Shown one piece after another: positions 9,250 to 18,091 of a stretch of DNA of 64,000 nucleotides. The notes beneath the pieces were generated by a model that was not told where the DNA came from, searched no databases, and worked only from the letters and a program-made list of their open reading frames with translations. The stretch's first letter is position 1; every line of letters starts with the position of its first letter. The stretch is from the NCBI GenBank assembly GCA_031285625.1, contig JAITVV010000036.1, forward strand, positions 22,079-86,078, given 5' to 3'. Made by a program: the position numbers and the translations under genes. The DNA is from Prevotella sp. (GTDB taxonomy: Bacteria > Bacteroidota > Bacteroidia > Bacteroidales > Dysgonomonadaceae).

Positions 9250-10362
9250 ATGGAAAAGTATCTCTTATTTACTTTATTTACGCTTGTTTCACTAATAATT
9301 AGTGCACAAGATAACTCGAAATACCTCAAAGGTGCAGTGCCGGAAGTAAATGGTAAAGTGGTTTTCTCAAAATCAATACCAGTAAAAAATTCTATATCTG
9401 ACGAGCAACTTTATTCTTTGATGGCTAAGTGGGCCAAAGATAGATATACAGAAAAAGGTGACTTGAAAAATAGGGTTTTATTAAGTGACCCTGACACCAA
9501 GAGTATAGCTTGTGGGGGAGAGGAATATCTCGAATTTAAGAGGAGCGCCCTGGTACTGGATAGAGCCAAAATGATTTATCAGCTGATTCTTGAAATAAAG
9601 AGTGGGGCATGTGATGTAACTATGAGGGGAATAAGATATGATTATTCTGATAGTAAAAAAATGTTGCCAGCCGAAGAAATGATTACAGATGAATATGCGC
9701 TGAATAAAAAAGGAGATAAGCTTAACCGCTATTATGACAAATTCAGAGAACATACAATCGATAGTGTATATAGTATTTTCAAATCGATAGATGTATACCT
9801 GAATGGTATAAACACGACAGGAGCAGCTACAGTGCAGTCGTTACCGGCAAAACAGCAACAGGAAGAAACAACTACATATGCTATGGAACCTGAAAGTGTT
9901 CCAGAAATTGCTGTAGCAAATTCAATGTCTGGTTTCAAAAAAGTGACAGCTGATAAAATACCGGCCAGCATACTGAATAAAGATGCCCTGATAGTGACAG
10001 GAACCATTGAGAAACCAGTTGCCTTTACTGCATCATGGGGTGGTACAACAACACTCCTTGATAAGCTGATGGGATTGACAACTGCTCAACAATCAGGCCA
10101 AACTATTGCCAATAGTCAGACATATACAATCTCTTTCTATACAGAAATGTATAGTGATGCTATCAAGGAATTGGCTGCAGCCAAAGGTGATGTAAAAGAG
10201 ATGATGAAAAAAGCAGGACTTACTCCTGTCGCTACTCCATCGGGTGCTCCCGTATTGGGTGAGGCATGGATGATAATAGAGTGTAGGAAAGCCGGAGAAA
10301 TGCCGTTATCGGGTGCGACGATAACCGATTTGGGTGAAATTCTTAATGTTTGGGCGAAATAA
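9250..10362 (+). CDS. Secreted DUF4468-domain protein with additional C-terminal domain
   Basis: Signal peptide; KYLKGAVPEVNGKVVF and GEEYLEFKRSALVLDR resemble Bacteroidales DUF4468 proteins. Confidence 0.65.
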   Translation: MEKYLLFTLFTLVSLIISAQDNSKYLKGAVPEVNGKVVFSKSIPVKNSISDEQLYSLMAKWAKDRYTEKGDLKNRVLLSDPDTKSIACGGEEYLEFKRSALVLDRAKMIYQLILEIKSGACDVTMRGIRYDYSDSKKMLPAEEMITDEYALNKKGDKLNRYYDKFREHTIDSVYSIFKSIDVYLNGINTTGAATVQSLPAKQQQEETTTYAMEPESVPEIAVANSMSGFKKVTADKIPASILNKDALIVTGTIEKPVAFTASWGGTTTLLDKLMGLTTAQQSGQTIANSQTYTISFYTEMYSDAIKELAAAKGDVKEMMKKAGLTPVATPSGAPVLGEAWMIIECRKAGEMPLSGATITDLGEILNVWAK

Positions 10363-10381
10363 AATTAAAAAGTTATTGAAT

Positions 10382-11146
10382 ATGACGAAAAGAATAGCTT
10401 TAATTACCGGAGCAACTTCTGGCTTGGGGAGGGCAATTGCTCTTCGGCTGGCAAAAGACGGATACAATCTTATTATTACAGGCCGTCGCAAAGACCGTTT
10501 GGAAGAACTGGATAAAGAGATTGGGATAAAATATAATTCGACAGTAATTTCATTGTGTCTTGATGTAAGGAACTATGAAGAAGTTGAAAAAGCAATCAAC
10601 AGCCTTTCCGAAGACTGGAAAAAAATAGATATTCTCGTTAATAATGCAGGCCTGGCTGTAGGTCTCGATCCTATCCATCAGGGAGTGGTAGACGATTGGG
10701 AACGTATGATAGATACTAATGTGAAAGGATTGCTGTATGTGACCCGTGTGGTTTCTCCGGGTATGGTAGACCGTAAATCGGGGCATATTATCAATATAGG
10801 TTCCATTGCAGGTAAAGGAGTATATCCGAACGGAGGTGTATATTGTGCCACCAAACATGCTGTTGACGCATTGAGCCAGGGAATGCGTATGGATTTTTTA
10901 CCTTACAATATAAAGGTGACCCAGATTTGTCCGGGGGCTGTAGAAACGGAGTTTTCTCTGGTTCGCTTCAAGGGAAATCAAGGTCGTGCCGATCAGGTAT
11001 ATGCAGGATATGAAAATCTGGTAGCAGACGATATCGCCGAAGCTGTATATTATGCTGTGTCACAGCCTGCACACGTAGATATTCAGGATATGCTGATAAT
11101 GCCTACAGCACAAGCTACAGGTAATATGTTTCATAAAGAAGAATAG
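10382..11146 (+). CDS. SDR oxidoreductase, YdfG-like NADP-dependent 3-hydroxy-acid dehydrogenase
   Basis: TGATSGLG, NNAG, YCATK catalytic motif, PGAVETEF; start MTKRIAL at 10382. Confidence 0.9.
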   Translation: MTKRIALITGATSGLGRAIALRLAKDGYNLIITGRRKDRLEELDKEIGIKYNSTVISLCLDVRNYEEVEKAINSLSEDWKKIDILVNNAGLAVGLDPIHQGVVDDWERMIDTNVKGLLYVTRVVSPGMVDRKSGHIINIGSIAGKGVYPNGGVYCATKHAVDALSQGMRMDFLPYNIKVTQICPGAVETEFSLVRFKGNQGRADQVYAGYENLVADDIAEAVYYAVSQPAHVDIQDMLIMPTAQATGNMFHKEE

Positions 11147-11183
11147 TTTTTATTGATTAGTTGGTCAGTTGTGATAAAATAAA

Positions 11184-12224
11184 ATGAGATTATTGCTAGT
11201 TCTAATTTTCTGTTTTGTAAGAGTACATTTTATATTCAGTCAAGAATATAGAGTATCAGATAATTTAAAGCTTGTAAAATTAACGGAAAATACTTTTTTG
11301 CATACGGGTCAAAGTAATAATGGCATTGTTTTTTCTAAAAAAGACGAAGCTATTATTGTATCTACTCCCGAATCGGAAGAAGAAACTCAAAATCTGATCG
11401 ATTACGTAAATAAGGAACTTAAACTTAAAATAATAGGATACATTATAGATAGGTGGCATCCTGATGCTATGGGTGGTCTGAAAGCTGTGCATAGTGCAGG
11501 GATAAAAACATATGCGAATGAATTAACGCAGAATATTGCACGAGAAAAGGGCTTACCCGTGCCTCAAGTCGGTTTTAAAACTTTACTAAAGCTTCATGTT
11601 GGAGGTGAAGATATTATTGCGGACTATCTTGAGCCTGCTCATACTGAAGATGGTATTGTCGTGTGGATTCCAAAAGATAGAATCTTATTTGGCGGAAATG
11701 AAGTCAGAAATATGGGTGGATGGTATGGCAATATTGGCGATGCTAATCTCGAAGAATGGTCTGAAACGATCTTCAATGTGAAAGAAAAGTATGGTGATGC
11801 AAAGATTGTAATACCTGGACATGGTCAGTATGGTGGTGCAGACTTACTGGATTATACCCTGAATCTATACAGGAAGAATAAATGGGGAGCGATATTGAAA
11901 AAAGGCAATATAGAGGTAGCACCTGTCTTTAATGATTATGGTGATATTTTCGAAATAGCAAAATCTGATTCTATTGTCGAAAATAAAAGATACCTAAAAG
12001 ATGCCATTGTGTTTGTGAATCATAGCCAGAAGTATTTGAAAATTACATCACCGGAAATAGTTCATGATGTAAATGGAAAAGAAGTATATTCGGATATTGG
12101 AAGACTTCAATTATACAATCATTCGAATGAGTTGATTGATGATTTATATTATAAAAAGCTATGGGTTAATTTAAGGAATGATGAAGTTGAATGGACAATA
12201 ATTATAACAGAAGCCATAAGATAA
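11184..12224 (+). CDS. Secreted metallo-beta-lactamase-fold protein, subclass B1-like, with altered metal ligands and a C-terminal extension
   Basis: DRWHPDAMGG, AHTEDGIVVW, LFGGNEV, GNIGDANLEEW and VIPGHG align to the B1 MBL motifs. Confidence 0.75.
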   Translation: MRLLLVLIFCFVRVHFIFSQEYRVSDNLKLVKLTENTFLHTGQSNNGIVFSKKDEAIIVSTPESEEETQNLIDYVNKELKLKIIGYIIDRWHPDAMGGLKAVHSAGIKTYANELTQNIAREKGLPVPQVGFKTLLKLHVGGEDIIADYLEPAHTEDGIVVWIPKDRILFGGNEVRNMGGWYGNIGDANLEEWSETIFNVKEKYGDAKIVIPGHGQYGGADLLDYTLNLYRKNKWGAILKKGNIEVAPVFNDYGDIFEIAKSDSIVENKRYLKDAIVFVNHSQKYLKITSPEIVHDVNGKEVYSDIGRLQLYNHSNELIDDLYYKKLWVNLRNDEVEWTIIITEAIR

Positions 12225-12350
12225 TGCTTTGTTTTTTATTGATATTTTATCTTATACTATAGTAAAATCATTCTACTTACTGAAAAAGTATATAAGTTAA
12301 ACAAAAATACTTGTTACTTTTGTCACCTTCTTAGTTCTAACTTATAAATT

Positions 12351-13034
12351 ATGCGTATAGATATCATAACCGTTTTGCCGGAAATGTTTACCGGTCTTGT
12401 TGATTGCTCTATTCTTAAAAGAGCACAAAATAAGAACTTAGTAGAGATTGTATTGCATAATTTGCGGGATTATACAACAAACAAACATCGTAATGTCGAT
12501 GACTATCCATTTGGCGGAGAAGCCGGAATGGTATTACAGATAGAACCGATTGACAATGCTATTTCATCGTTGAAGCTTCAACGTGAGTATGATGAGATAA
12601 TTTATACTTCACCCGATGGAGAGGTATTCAATCAGGGAATAGCAAATCAGATGTCCTCCTATCAGAATATCATTATACTTTGTGGGCATTATAAGGGAAT
12701 TGATTATCGTATAAGGGAGCACCTTATCACACGTGAAATTTCCATTGGCGACTATGTGCTTACGGGAGGAGAATTAGCCGCAGCAGTAATGACAGATGCT
12801 ATAGTACGTCTCATTCCCGGTGCTATAGGTGATGAGCAGTCTGCGTTATCTGATTCTTTTCAGGATAATTTGCTTGCTCCACCTGTTTATACACGTCCGG
12901 CAGAATATAAGGGCTGGCGTGTACCCGATATATTATTATCTGGGCATCAGGCCAAGATTGATGACTGGAAATTGCAGCAATCCATGGAACGCACAGAACG
13001 TTTGCGCCCCGATCTGTTAGATAAGAAAGATTAG
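12351..13034 (+). CDS. trmD: tRNA (guanine37-N1)-methyltransferase
   Basis: [42 protein letters not shown]. Confidence 0.97.
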   Translation: MRIDIITVLPEMFTGLVDCSILKRAQNKNLVEIVLHNLRDYTTNKHRNVDDYPFGGEAGMVLQIEPIDNAISSLKLQREYDEIIYTSPDGEVFNQGIANQMSSYQNIIILCGHYKGIDYRIREHLITREISIGDYVLTGGELAAAVMTDAIVRLIPGAIGDEQSALSDSFQDNLLAPPVYTRPAEYKGWRVPDILLSGHQAKIDDWKLQQSMERTERLRPDLLDKKD

Positions 13035-13849
13035 AAGATAACTCTTACCGAAGCACGTTCTGTTCCGGGTATCCATTTAGGTCCCGATTGTATCAGGCGG
13101 ATGGCTTCGTTGTCAGAAGTTCCACAAAGACTGTAAACTACTTCAAACAAGTATGGTTGCCCTTTTTCATCTACAGAGAATTCTACAGCTACCTTCCCCT
13201 TCCGGTCTTTACATGAATCATCAGTTGGACGGCGAAGAGAATTCTTTAAGTAAAGATTGTACTTTTCGTATCCACCTACCGGCTCAGGTTTCCCTTTTTT
13301 TATAGCATATGATACATTTGCTTCATCATTGAAGTTTTCAGGAGCATATACTTCCATAATTTCATCCGGTTTGTCTGATAACACATCCAGATCTTCTTCA
13401 ATAAATGTATCTGCCTTAGTATCTACTCTAAATTTACTAATATTTGGTTTGTATGTTTTAGCTACTTCTGTATTATGCTTGGCTATTACTACGATGTTCT
13501 CCACATAATATTCTTCGGGAACATAAACGTTTACAATCGAATTAGCACCCATATCCTGGGCTCGGAGATCGTTTGAATTGTGATATCCAACTACCAGATA
13601 CCCGGTTATAGCCAGTACCACAACAGCACAGGCAGCGATACTCTGCCATATAGGTTGATGTTTTTTGATCGTTTTTGATTTGGCATTTAGTCGTTTCTGT
13701 ATTTCACTTATACGTTCTATATGATTATCGTCTATACTGTCGAAACCTTCAATAGCCTCATACATAAACGGATCTTTCATCGAATCTTTTTCTATCCGAT
13801 GAGCATCAGAGCCTTTACGTTGTCCTTTTATGTAATCTAGAAAATTCAT
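13031..13849 (-). CDS. Single-pass membrane protein with C-terminal TonB_C-like domain (putative anti-sigma factor)
   Basis: N-terminal [19 protein letters not shown], one TM, C-terminal PEPVGG...[14 protein letters not shown]...[15 protein letters not shown]; ATG overlaps the sigma-factor stop (ATGA). Confidence 0.7.
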   Translation of the reverse strand: MNFLDYIKGQRKGSDAHRIEKDSMKDPFMYEAIEGFDSIDDNHIERISEIQKRLNAKSKTIKKHQPIWQSIAACAVVVLAITGYLVVGYHNSNDLRAQDMGANSIVNVYVPEEYYVENIVVIAKHNTEVAKTYKPNISKFRVDTKADTFIEEDLDVLSDKPDEIMEVYAPENFNDEANVSYAIKKGKPEPVGGYEKYNLYLKNSLRRPTDDSCKDRKGKVAVEFSVDEKGQPYLFEVVYSLCGTSDNEAIRLIQSGPKWIPGTERASVRVIF

Positions 13850-14469
13850 TCCTTTAGGTTTTTTTCGATACAAATTTTTAAATTTCGTTTTCCGTTTTGT
13901 ATATAACTTTTTACACTCTTTAGATGAAATCCTGTTTCATCCACAATTTCTGCATACGATTTGTTATCGTAGAAGAATTTTTCCACCGATACACGCTGAG
14001 GTTCCGGAAGGTTTTCCAGACATTTATTCAGTGCGTTTTCTTTTTCTTCATCATTATTCTCACCTAATAGATCCAAAACAGTGTCAGATTCCATAAGTTG
14101 AGAGTCAAAATTTACAATAATTTCTCTTTTATTTTCTTTTAAAATGTGAAAACAATGATTTTTAACTACACTGTACAGCCAATTCTTGAAAATCTTAATT
14201 TCATAGCCGTGTATTTTCTGAGAAAGATTTTCAAATATATCAATTACAGCATCTTGCGATTCTTCAGGGTTTTGCAGATATTTGAGGCATAACCCATATA
14301 TCAGGGGCATATACCGTTCGTAAAGCTGTTGGAAATGCTCAGCTTCACCTGTCTCTTTATACAATGACAAAAGCTCTTCGTCACTATACTCCTTCTTCTT
14401 ATTTAAACTAAAAAAACGCAAGGTTAGATGAATTTTACACAAATCTACAAGAATTTGATTAAACTCCAA
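13846..14469 (-). CDS. ECF-type RNA polymerase sigma factor
   Basis: Region 2 (LYERYMPLIYGLCLKYL, FKNWLYSVVKNHC) and region 4 (KSYAEI...VKSYIQNGKRNLK); true start may be the TTG at 14421. Confidence 0.9.
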   Translation of the reverse strand: MEFNQILVDLCKIHLTLRFFSLNKKKEYSDEELLSLYKETGEAEHFQQLYERYMPLIYGLCLKYLQNPEESQDAVIDIFENLSQKIHGYEIKIFKNWLYSVVKNHCFHILKENKREIIVNFDSQLMESDTVLDLLGENNDEEKENALNKCLENLPEPQRVSVEKFFYDNKSYAEIVDETGFHLKSVKSYIQNGKRNLKICIEKNLKE

Positions 14470-14610
14470 ATAAAACCGGAATTTAACCGTTTTGTCATAT
14501 ATCTCTCCATTCGTTAAAAAATGTAATAAAAAATTGTTGGAGTTGGCTATTTTATGTATTTTTGTAATCGAAATAATAACGAGTTTTTAATTTTTTAATA
14601 AGCACCCATT

Positions 14611-14808
14611 ATGAAAGAAAAAATTGGATCAAACGCAGGTATTATTTGGACTTATCTTGATGCAGATGGTAGTAAATCATTGAAAGAAATCAAGAAAGCA
14701 TGCAAATTAACAGAGAAAGACATGTATGCCGCTCTCGGTTGGTTAGCAAGAGAAGGTAAAATTGCGTTTAATGAATTGAAAGACGATCTACAGGTCGTTT
14801 TGCTGTAA
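14611..14808 (+). CDS. DUF2582 small winged-helix protein
   Basis: IGSNAGIIW...ALGWLAREGKI motif; TATTTTTG promoter element at 14557-14564. Confidence 0.85.
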   Translation: MKEKIGSNAGIIWTYLDADGSKSLKEIKKACKLTEKDMYAALGWLAREGKIAFNELKDDLQVVLL

Positions 14809-14829
14809 CAAAGCCCAAAATTACAAGAG

Positions 14830-14863
14830 AGAGGTACTTATGTCAGTATAAGTGCCTCTTTTT
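14830..14863 (+). terminator. Rho-independent terminator
   Basis: AGAGGTACTTAT / ATAAGTGCCTCT stem plus T-run. Confidence 0.75.
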
Positions 14864-15105
14864 CATTTTCATTTTCGCCCGGTAAAAATTATCTATGGAA
14901 TTGTCTTATAGTAAGATCTTATGATATCAATAAATGGCAATAAAAAGTTCGGAGAGATTAAAAGGTTACATTTTATGTATTGGAAAGGTGTTACTTTTGT
15001 CACCTTTTGTAGTTGAAAAGTTAAATTCTGGGCAGGGTATTGTGAACGGTGATTTAAATCTATATATTTGCGGCGTTTAATATTTCTTAACATAATAAAA
15101 ACTAC

Positions 15106-17151
15106 ATGAAACTTGAAAAGATTGGCCTGTTGTTGCTGATAGGCTCTATGTTAACTTTTATCGGATGCGGTGACGATGCGTTCAAAAGCTCTGAAAAACA
15201 GATTACAGAATTTTCTATTGATGGCGTTAATGGTTCTATAGATGAGAATTTTTTGACAATAGATTTGACAATGCCTTCCGGTACAGATATTACAAGCCTG
15301 AAACCATCCGTTAAGGTCTCCAGCAAGGCGACAGTGTCGCCTGCTAGTGGAGCAACTGTTGATTTTACCTCTCCTGTAGCATATGTTGTTACTGCAGAGG
15401 ATGGTTCGAAAGTGGACTATGCAGTGAAGGTTGAGGTCGTTAAAAACACCGAAGCGCAAATACTGACATTTGAACTGGCCGGATTAGATCCGGTAATAAC
15501 AGCCAGCGTAGATGAGGAAAAGAAAGTGATAACAGCTGCGGTACCTTTTGGTACAAATCTGAAAACACTGGTTCCCACTATTACCTTCAAAGGAAAAGAA
15601 ATTAGTCCTGAATCAGGTGGAGCTGTTGATTTTACACATCCTGTGAATTATCGCGTAACAGCAGAAGATGGCAGAATACAAGGATATTATGTCACAATAA
15701 AAGAAACGAGATCATCTGATGCAGAATTGTTGACATTCGAATTTGCCGGACTGGATCCGAAAGTTGTAGCTAAAGTGGACGGATCTACTATAACAGCTGA
15801 GGTTCCATTTGGAACAAATGTAACAAAATTGGTTCCCACTATTACTTATAAAGGGAATAAAGTAGTGCCTGCATCGGGAGTAGCTGCAGACTTTTCCTCA
15901 CCTGTAACATACAAAGTGATTGCACAGGATACAAGAGAAGTTGAGTATGAAGTAGTGGTGAATGTGATAGCCAGCTCAGAAGCCGAACTTACCGAGTTCT
16001 CATTTGATGGTTTAAATCCCCGCTGTGTAGGGGTGTTAAATCCAAATACTAAGATTGTGACGGTGGATGTGCCATTTGGTACAGATGTAACAAAGTTGAA
16101 GCCAACAATTAAATTCAAAGGGCATACTGTTAGCCCGGCATCGGGAGTAGTGCAGGATTTTAGTGTGGCTCAGGTATTTTACAATATTGTAGCACAAGAC
16201 GGGAAAAAATATGGGTTTAGTGTGATGGTAAATGTCAACCCTTTCCAGCCTCAGATAACAAGTGTAAACAGAACTAAGTTTGCAAACGGGGATCAAATAA
16301 CCATACAGGGACATTTTTCGGAGACTGGCAACGAAATCATGTTGAGAAATTCAACAAATGCTCCTGTTTATCCGACCATCACTAAAGAAACAAGTAAGTA
16401 CATTATTGCTACTATTCCAAGTTTGGCAGGAGCAGGTGATTATAATATGACAGTGAGATCTTATGTCGGTACTCCTTCTCAAGGATCAGTGTTGTACGAA
16501 GCCTCAAAAATTACGATTGTAGGTCCAGCATCTCTGACGCCAAAAATTCTTTCAATAACGCCTGCATCGATAATAAAAGGTACGGAAGAGAAAGTGTACT
16601 TCAAGACTCAGAATAAAGTAGATCTGGCCGGGAAACATGCTACGGTACACTATTTGAAAGGCTCTGATGATAAAACTACAAATAGTATGACACGTGATGT
16701 TAACGATTATAATAGTTTCTATATAGAAGTTGGACGTAACTGGGCTTTAGGCACATATACGTTCTATTTGGAGCGTGATGGGTATAAGTCTAACGAGATA
16801 TCATTCGAGTTGAAAGAAAATACATACCCTATTCCTACAATTACATCGGTGAGTACATACGAGCCTGTGGAAGGAGAGACTATTACGATTACAGGAACTA
16901 ATTTCAGTAAAGTATCAAGTTATGATACATATATTAATGTTCGGAAGATCGTAAATTCTATGGGATATAACTACCCTTATAGTAATGTAAAAGCCACAGT
17001 TGTGGACAACAATACAATAACATTCAGCCTGCCATATGTGAAAGCTTCAGGACAAACACCAGGCGAACTGGACGGACATGTTGGTATAGAGGTTGTTGCT
17101 AACGGTCAAATGGCACACCATCATAATGACTTTATGGTGAAGAAAAAGTAA
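15106..17151 (+). CDS. Surface lipoprotein with four tandem Ig-like (DUF5018-like) repeats and IPT/TIG-like domains
   Basis: Lipobox FIGC followed by acidic GDD; repeated VPFGT..TKL.PTI...SPASG...DF..PV.Y.V.AEDG units; P.ITSV motifs in the C-terminal half. Confidence 0.75.
   Translation: MKLEKIGLLLLIGSMLTFIGCGDDAFKSSEKQITEFSIDGVNGSIDENFLTIDLTMPSGTDITSLKPSVKVSSKATVSPASGATVDFTSPVAYVVTAEDGSKVDYAVKVEVVKNTEAQILTFELAGLDPVITASVDEEKKVITAAVPFGTNLKTLVPTITFKGKEISPESGGAVDFTHPVNYRVTAEDGRIQGYYVTIKETRSSDAELLTFEFAGLDPKVVAKVDGSTITAEVPFGTNVTKLVPTITYKGNKVVPASGVAADFSSPVTYKVIAQDTREVEYEVVVNVIASSEAELTEFSFDGLNPRCVGVLNPNTKIVTVDVPFGTDVTKLKPTIKFKGHTVSPASGVVQDFSVAQVFYNIVAQDGKKYGFSVMVNVNPFQPQITSVNRTKFANGDQITIQGHFSETGNEIMLRNSTNAPVYPTITKETSKYIIATIPSLAGAGDYNMTVRSYVGTPSQGSVLYEASKITIVGPASLTPKILSITPASIIKGTEEKVYFKTQNKVDLAGKHATVHYLKGSDDKTTNSMTRDVNDYNSFYIEVGRNWALGTYTFYLERDGYKSNEISFELKENTYPIPTITSVSTYEPVEGETITITGTNFSKVSSYDTYINVRKIVNSMGYNYPYSNVKATVVDNNTITFSLPYVKASGQTPGELDGHVGIEVVANGQMAHHHNDFMVKKK
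15187..16236 (+). repeat. Four intragenic tandem repeats of about 88 aa
   Basis: Visible in the translation and partly in DNA (TGGTTCCCACTATTAC occurs twice); boundaries approximate. Confidence 0.75.
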
Positions 17152-17171
17152 GAGAGTATTCTAAATAATTT

Positions 17172-17207
17172 GAAAGGCTTGGATATTATTTTATTCAAGC
17201 CTTTCTT
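17172..17207 (+). terminator. Rho-independent terminator
   Basis: GAAAGGCTTGGATA / TATTCAAGCCTTTC stem. Confidence 0.7.
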
Positions 17208-17313
17208 ATCTTACCAGGTCAGATATAGTCTGCTTTTTATGCCATGCTTTAAGTTTCAATAATCATAAATAAGTATAATGATGCCTTTTTAGACAATTAA
17301 GCCTGTCAATAAT

Positions 17314-17344
17314 TTTGTTAATTCGTTGGTATTATTTATTTTTG
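17314..17344 (+). promoter_or_regulatory. Primary-sigma promoter of the zapB-like/zapA/rny operon
   Basis: TTTG (17314-17) and TATTTTTG (17337-44) separated by 19 nt. Confidence 0.6.
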
Positions 17345-17364
17345 TGTAGCATTTTGGCTGTTTT

Positions 17365-17661
17365 ATGACAAAAAATGATGAAAAACTTCTAGCCGAATTC
17401 GAAATACGAATGAGGCAGTTAATGTATCTCTGTGATATACTTAAAGATGAGAATACACAGATGAGGCAACAGCTGGAGCAGAAGGAAGCTACAATAACAG
17501 CTTTATCATCAGAAGTAGAAGAGCTAAAGACCAAATATGACAATTTGAAATTTGTTAAATCATTTTCATCGGAGAATACTGATGAAAGAGAGCAGGCAAG
17601 AAAGCGGTTGTCGAAGTTAGTGCGGGATGTAGATAAATGTATCACCATGCTTAAAGTATAA
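17365..17661 (+). CDS. Small coiled-coil protein (ZapB-like) upstream of zapA
   Basis: Heptad-rich; C-terminal LVRDVDKCI motif; position directly before zapA-rny. Confidence 0.7.
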   Translation: MTKNDEKLLAEFEIRMRQLMYLCDILKDENTQMRQQLEQKEATITALSSEVEELKTKYDNLKFVKSFSSENTDEREQARKRLSKLVRDVDKCITMLKV

Positions 17662-17673
17662 AGTAGTGTAGTT

Positions 17674-17976
17674 ATGGATGAGCATTTTATTATTAATCTA
17701 CGAGTGGCCGATATGAGATATCCTTTGCGGATAAAACGCGAAGATGAGGAGATGTATCGTAGGGCTGCAGATGAAATAGATTATAAATTAGTACAATATA
17801 AAAATTATTTTACCGGAGATTCTCATCCGTTGCGTAATGATGACTACATGGCTATGACAGCAATACAGGCTGTCTCTGAGAAAGTCGGACATCAGTTGCG
17901 GGCAGAGGAATTTGAATCCAGGATCAGGCAATTAACTGAAGAGCTGGATCATTATTTGAAAGACCAAGTAAAGTAA
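17674..17976 (+). CDS. zapA: Cell division protein ZapA
   Basis: INLRVADMRYPLRI..EEMYRRAA, DYMAMTA and a C-terminal coiled coil. Confidence 0.85.
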   Translation: MDEHFIINLRVADMRYPLRIKREDEEMYRRAADEIDYKLVQYKNYFTGDSHPLRNDDYMAMTAIQAVSEKVGHQLRAEEFESRIRQLTEELDHYLKDQVK

Positions 17977-18091
17977 AATTGTAATTGAGGAAATATCTAA
18001 AGCACTAATTTCAAGTGTGTGAGTATATATCACACCTTGAGTTAGTGCTTTTTAGTTTATTAATATTAGTTTTTATAAAGAAAAATAGAAT

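Noticed and set aside
11184-12224. Calling the MBL-fold gene a functional carbapenemase
   Set aside because: Two canonical zinc ligands are substituted, so activity cannot be inferred from sequence
14952-14964. GAGAGATTAAAAG shared with 58712-58724
   Set aside because: A single purine-rich 13-mer match is plausible by chance and has no shared flanks
14893-15093. 66-aa minus-strand ORF in the DUF2582-lipoprotein gap
   Set aside because: Overlaps the promoter region of the + strand lipoprotein and has no protein-like features
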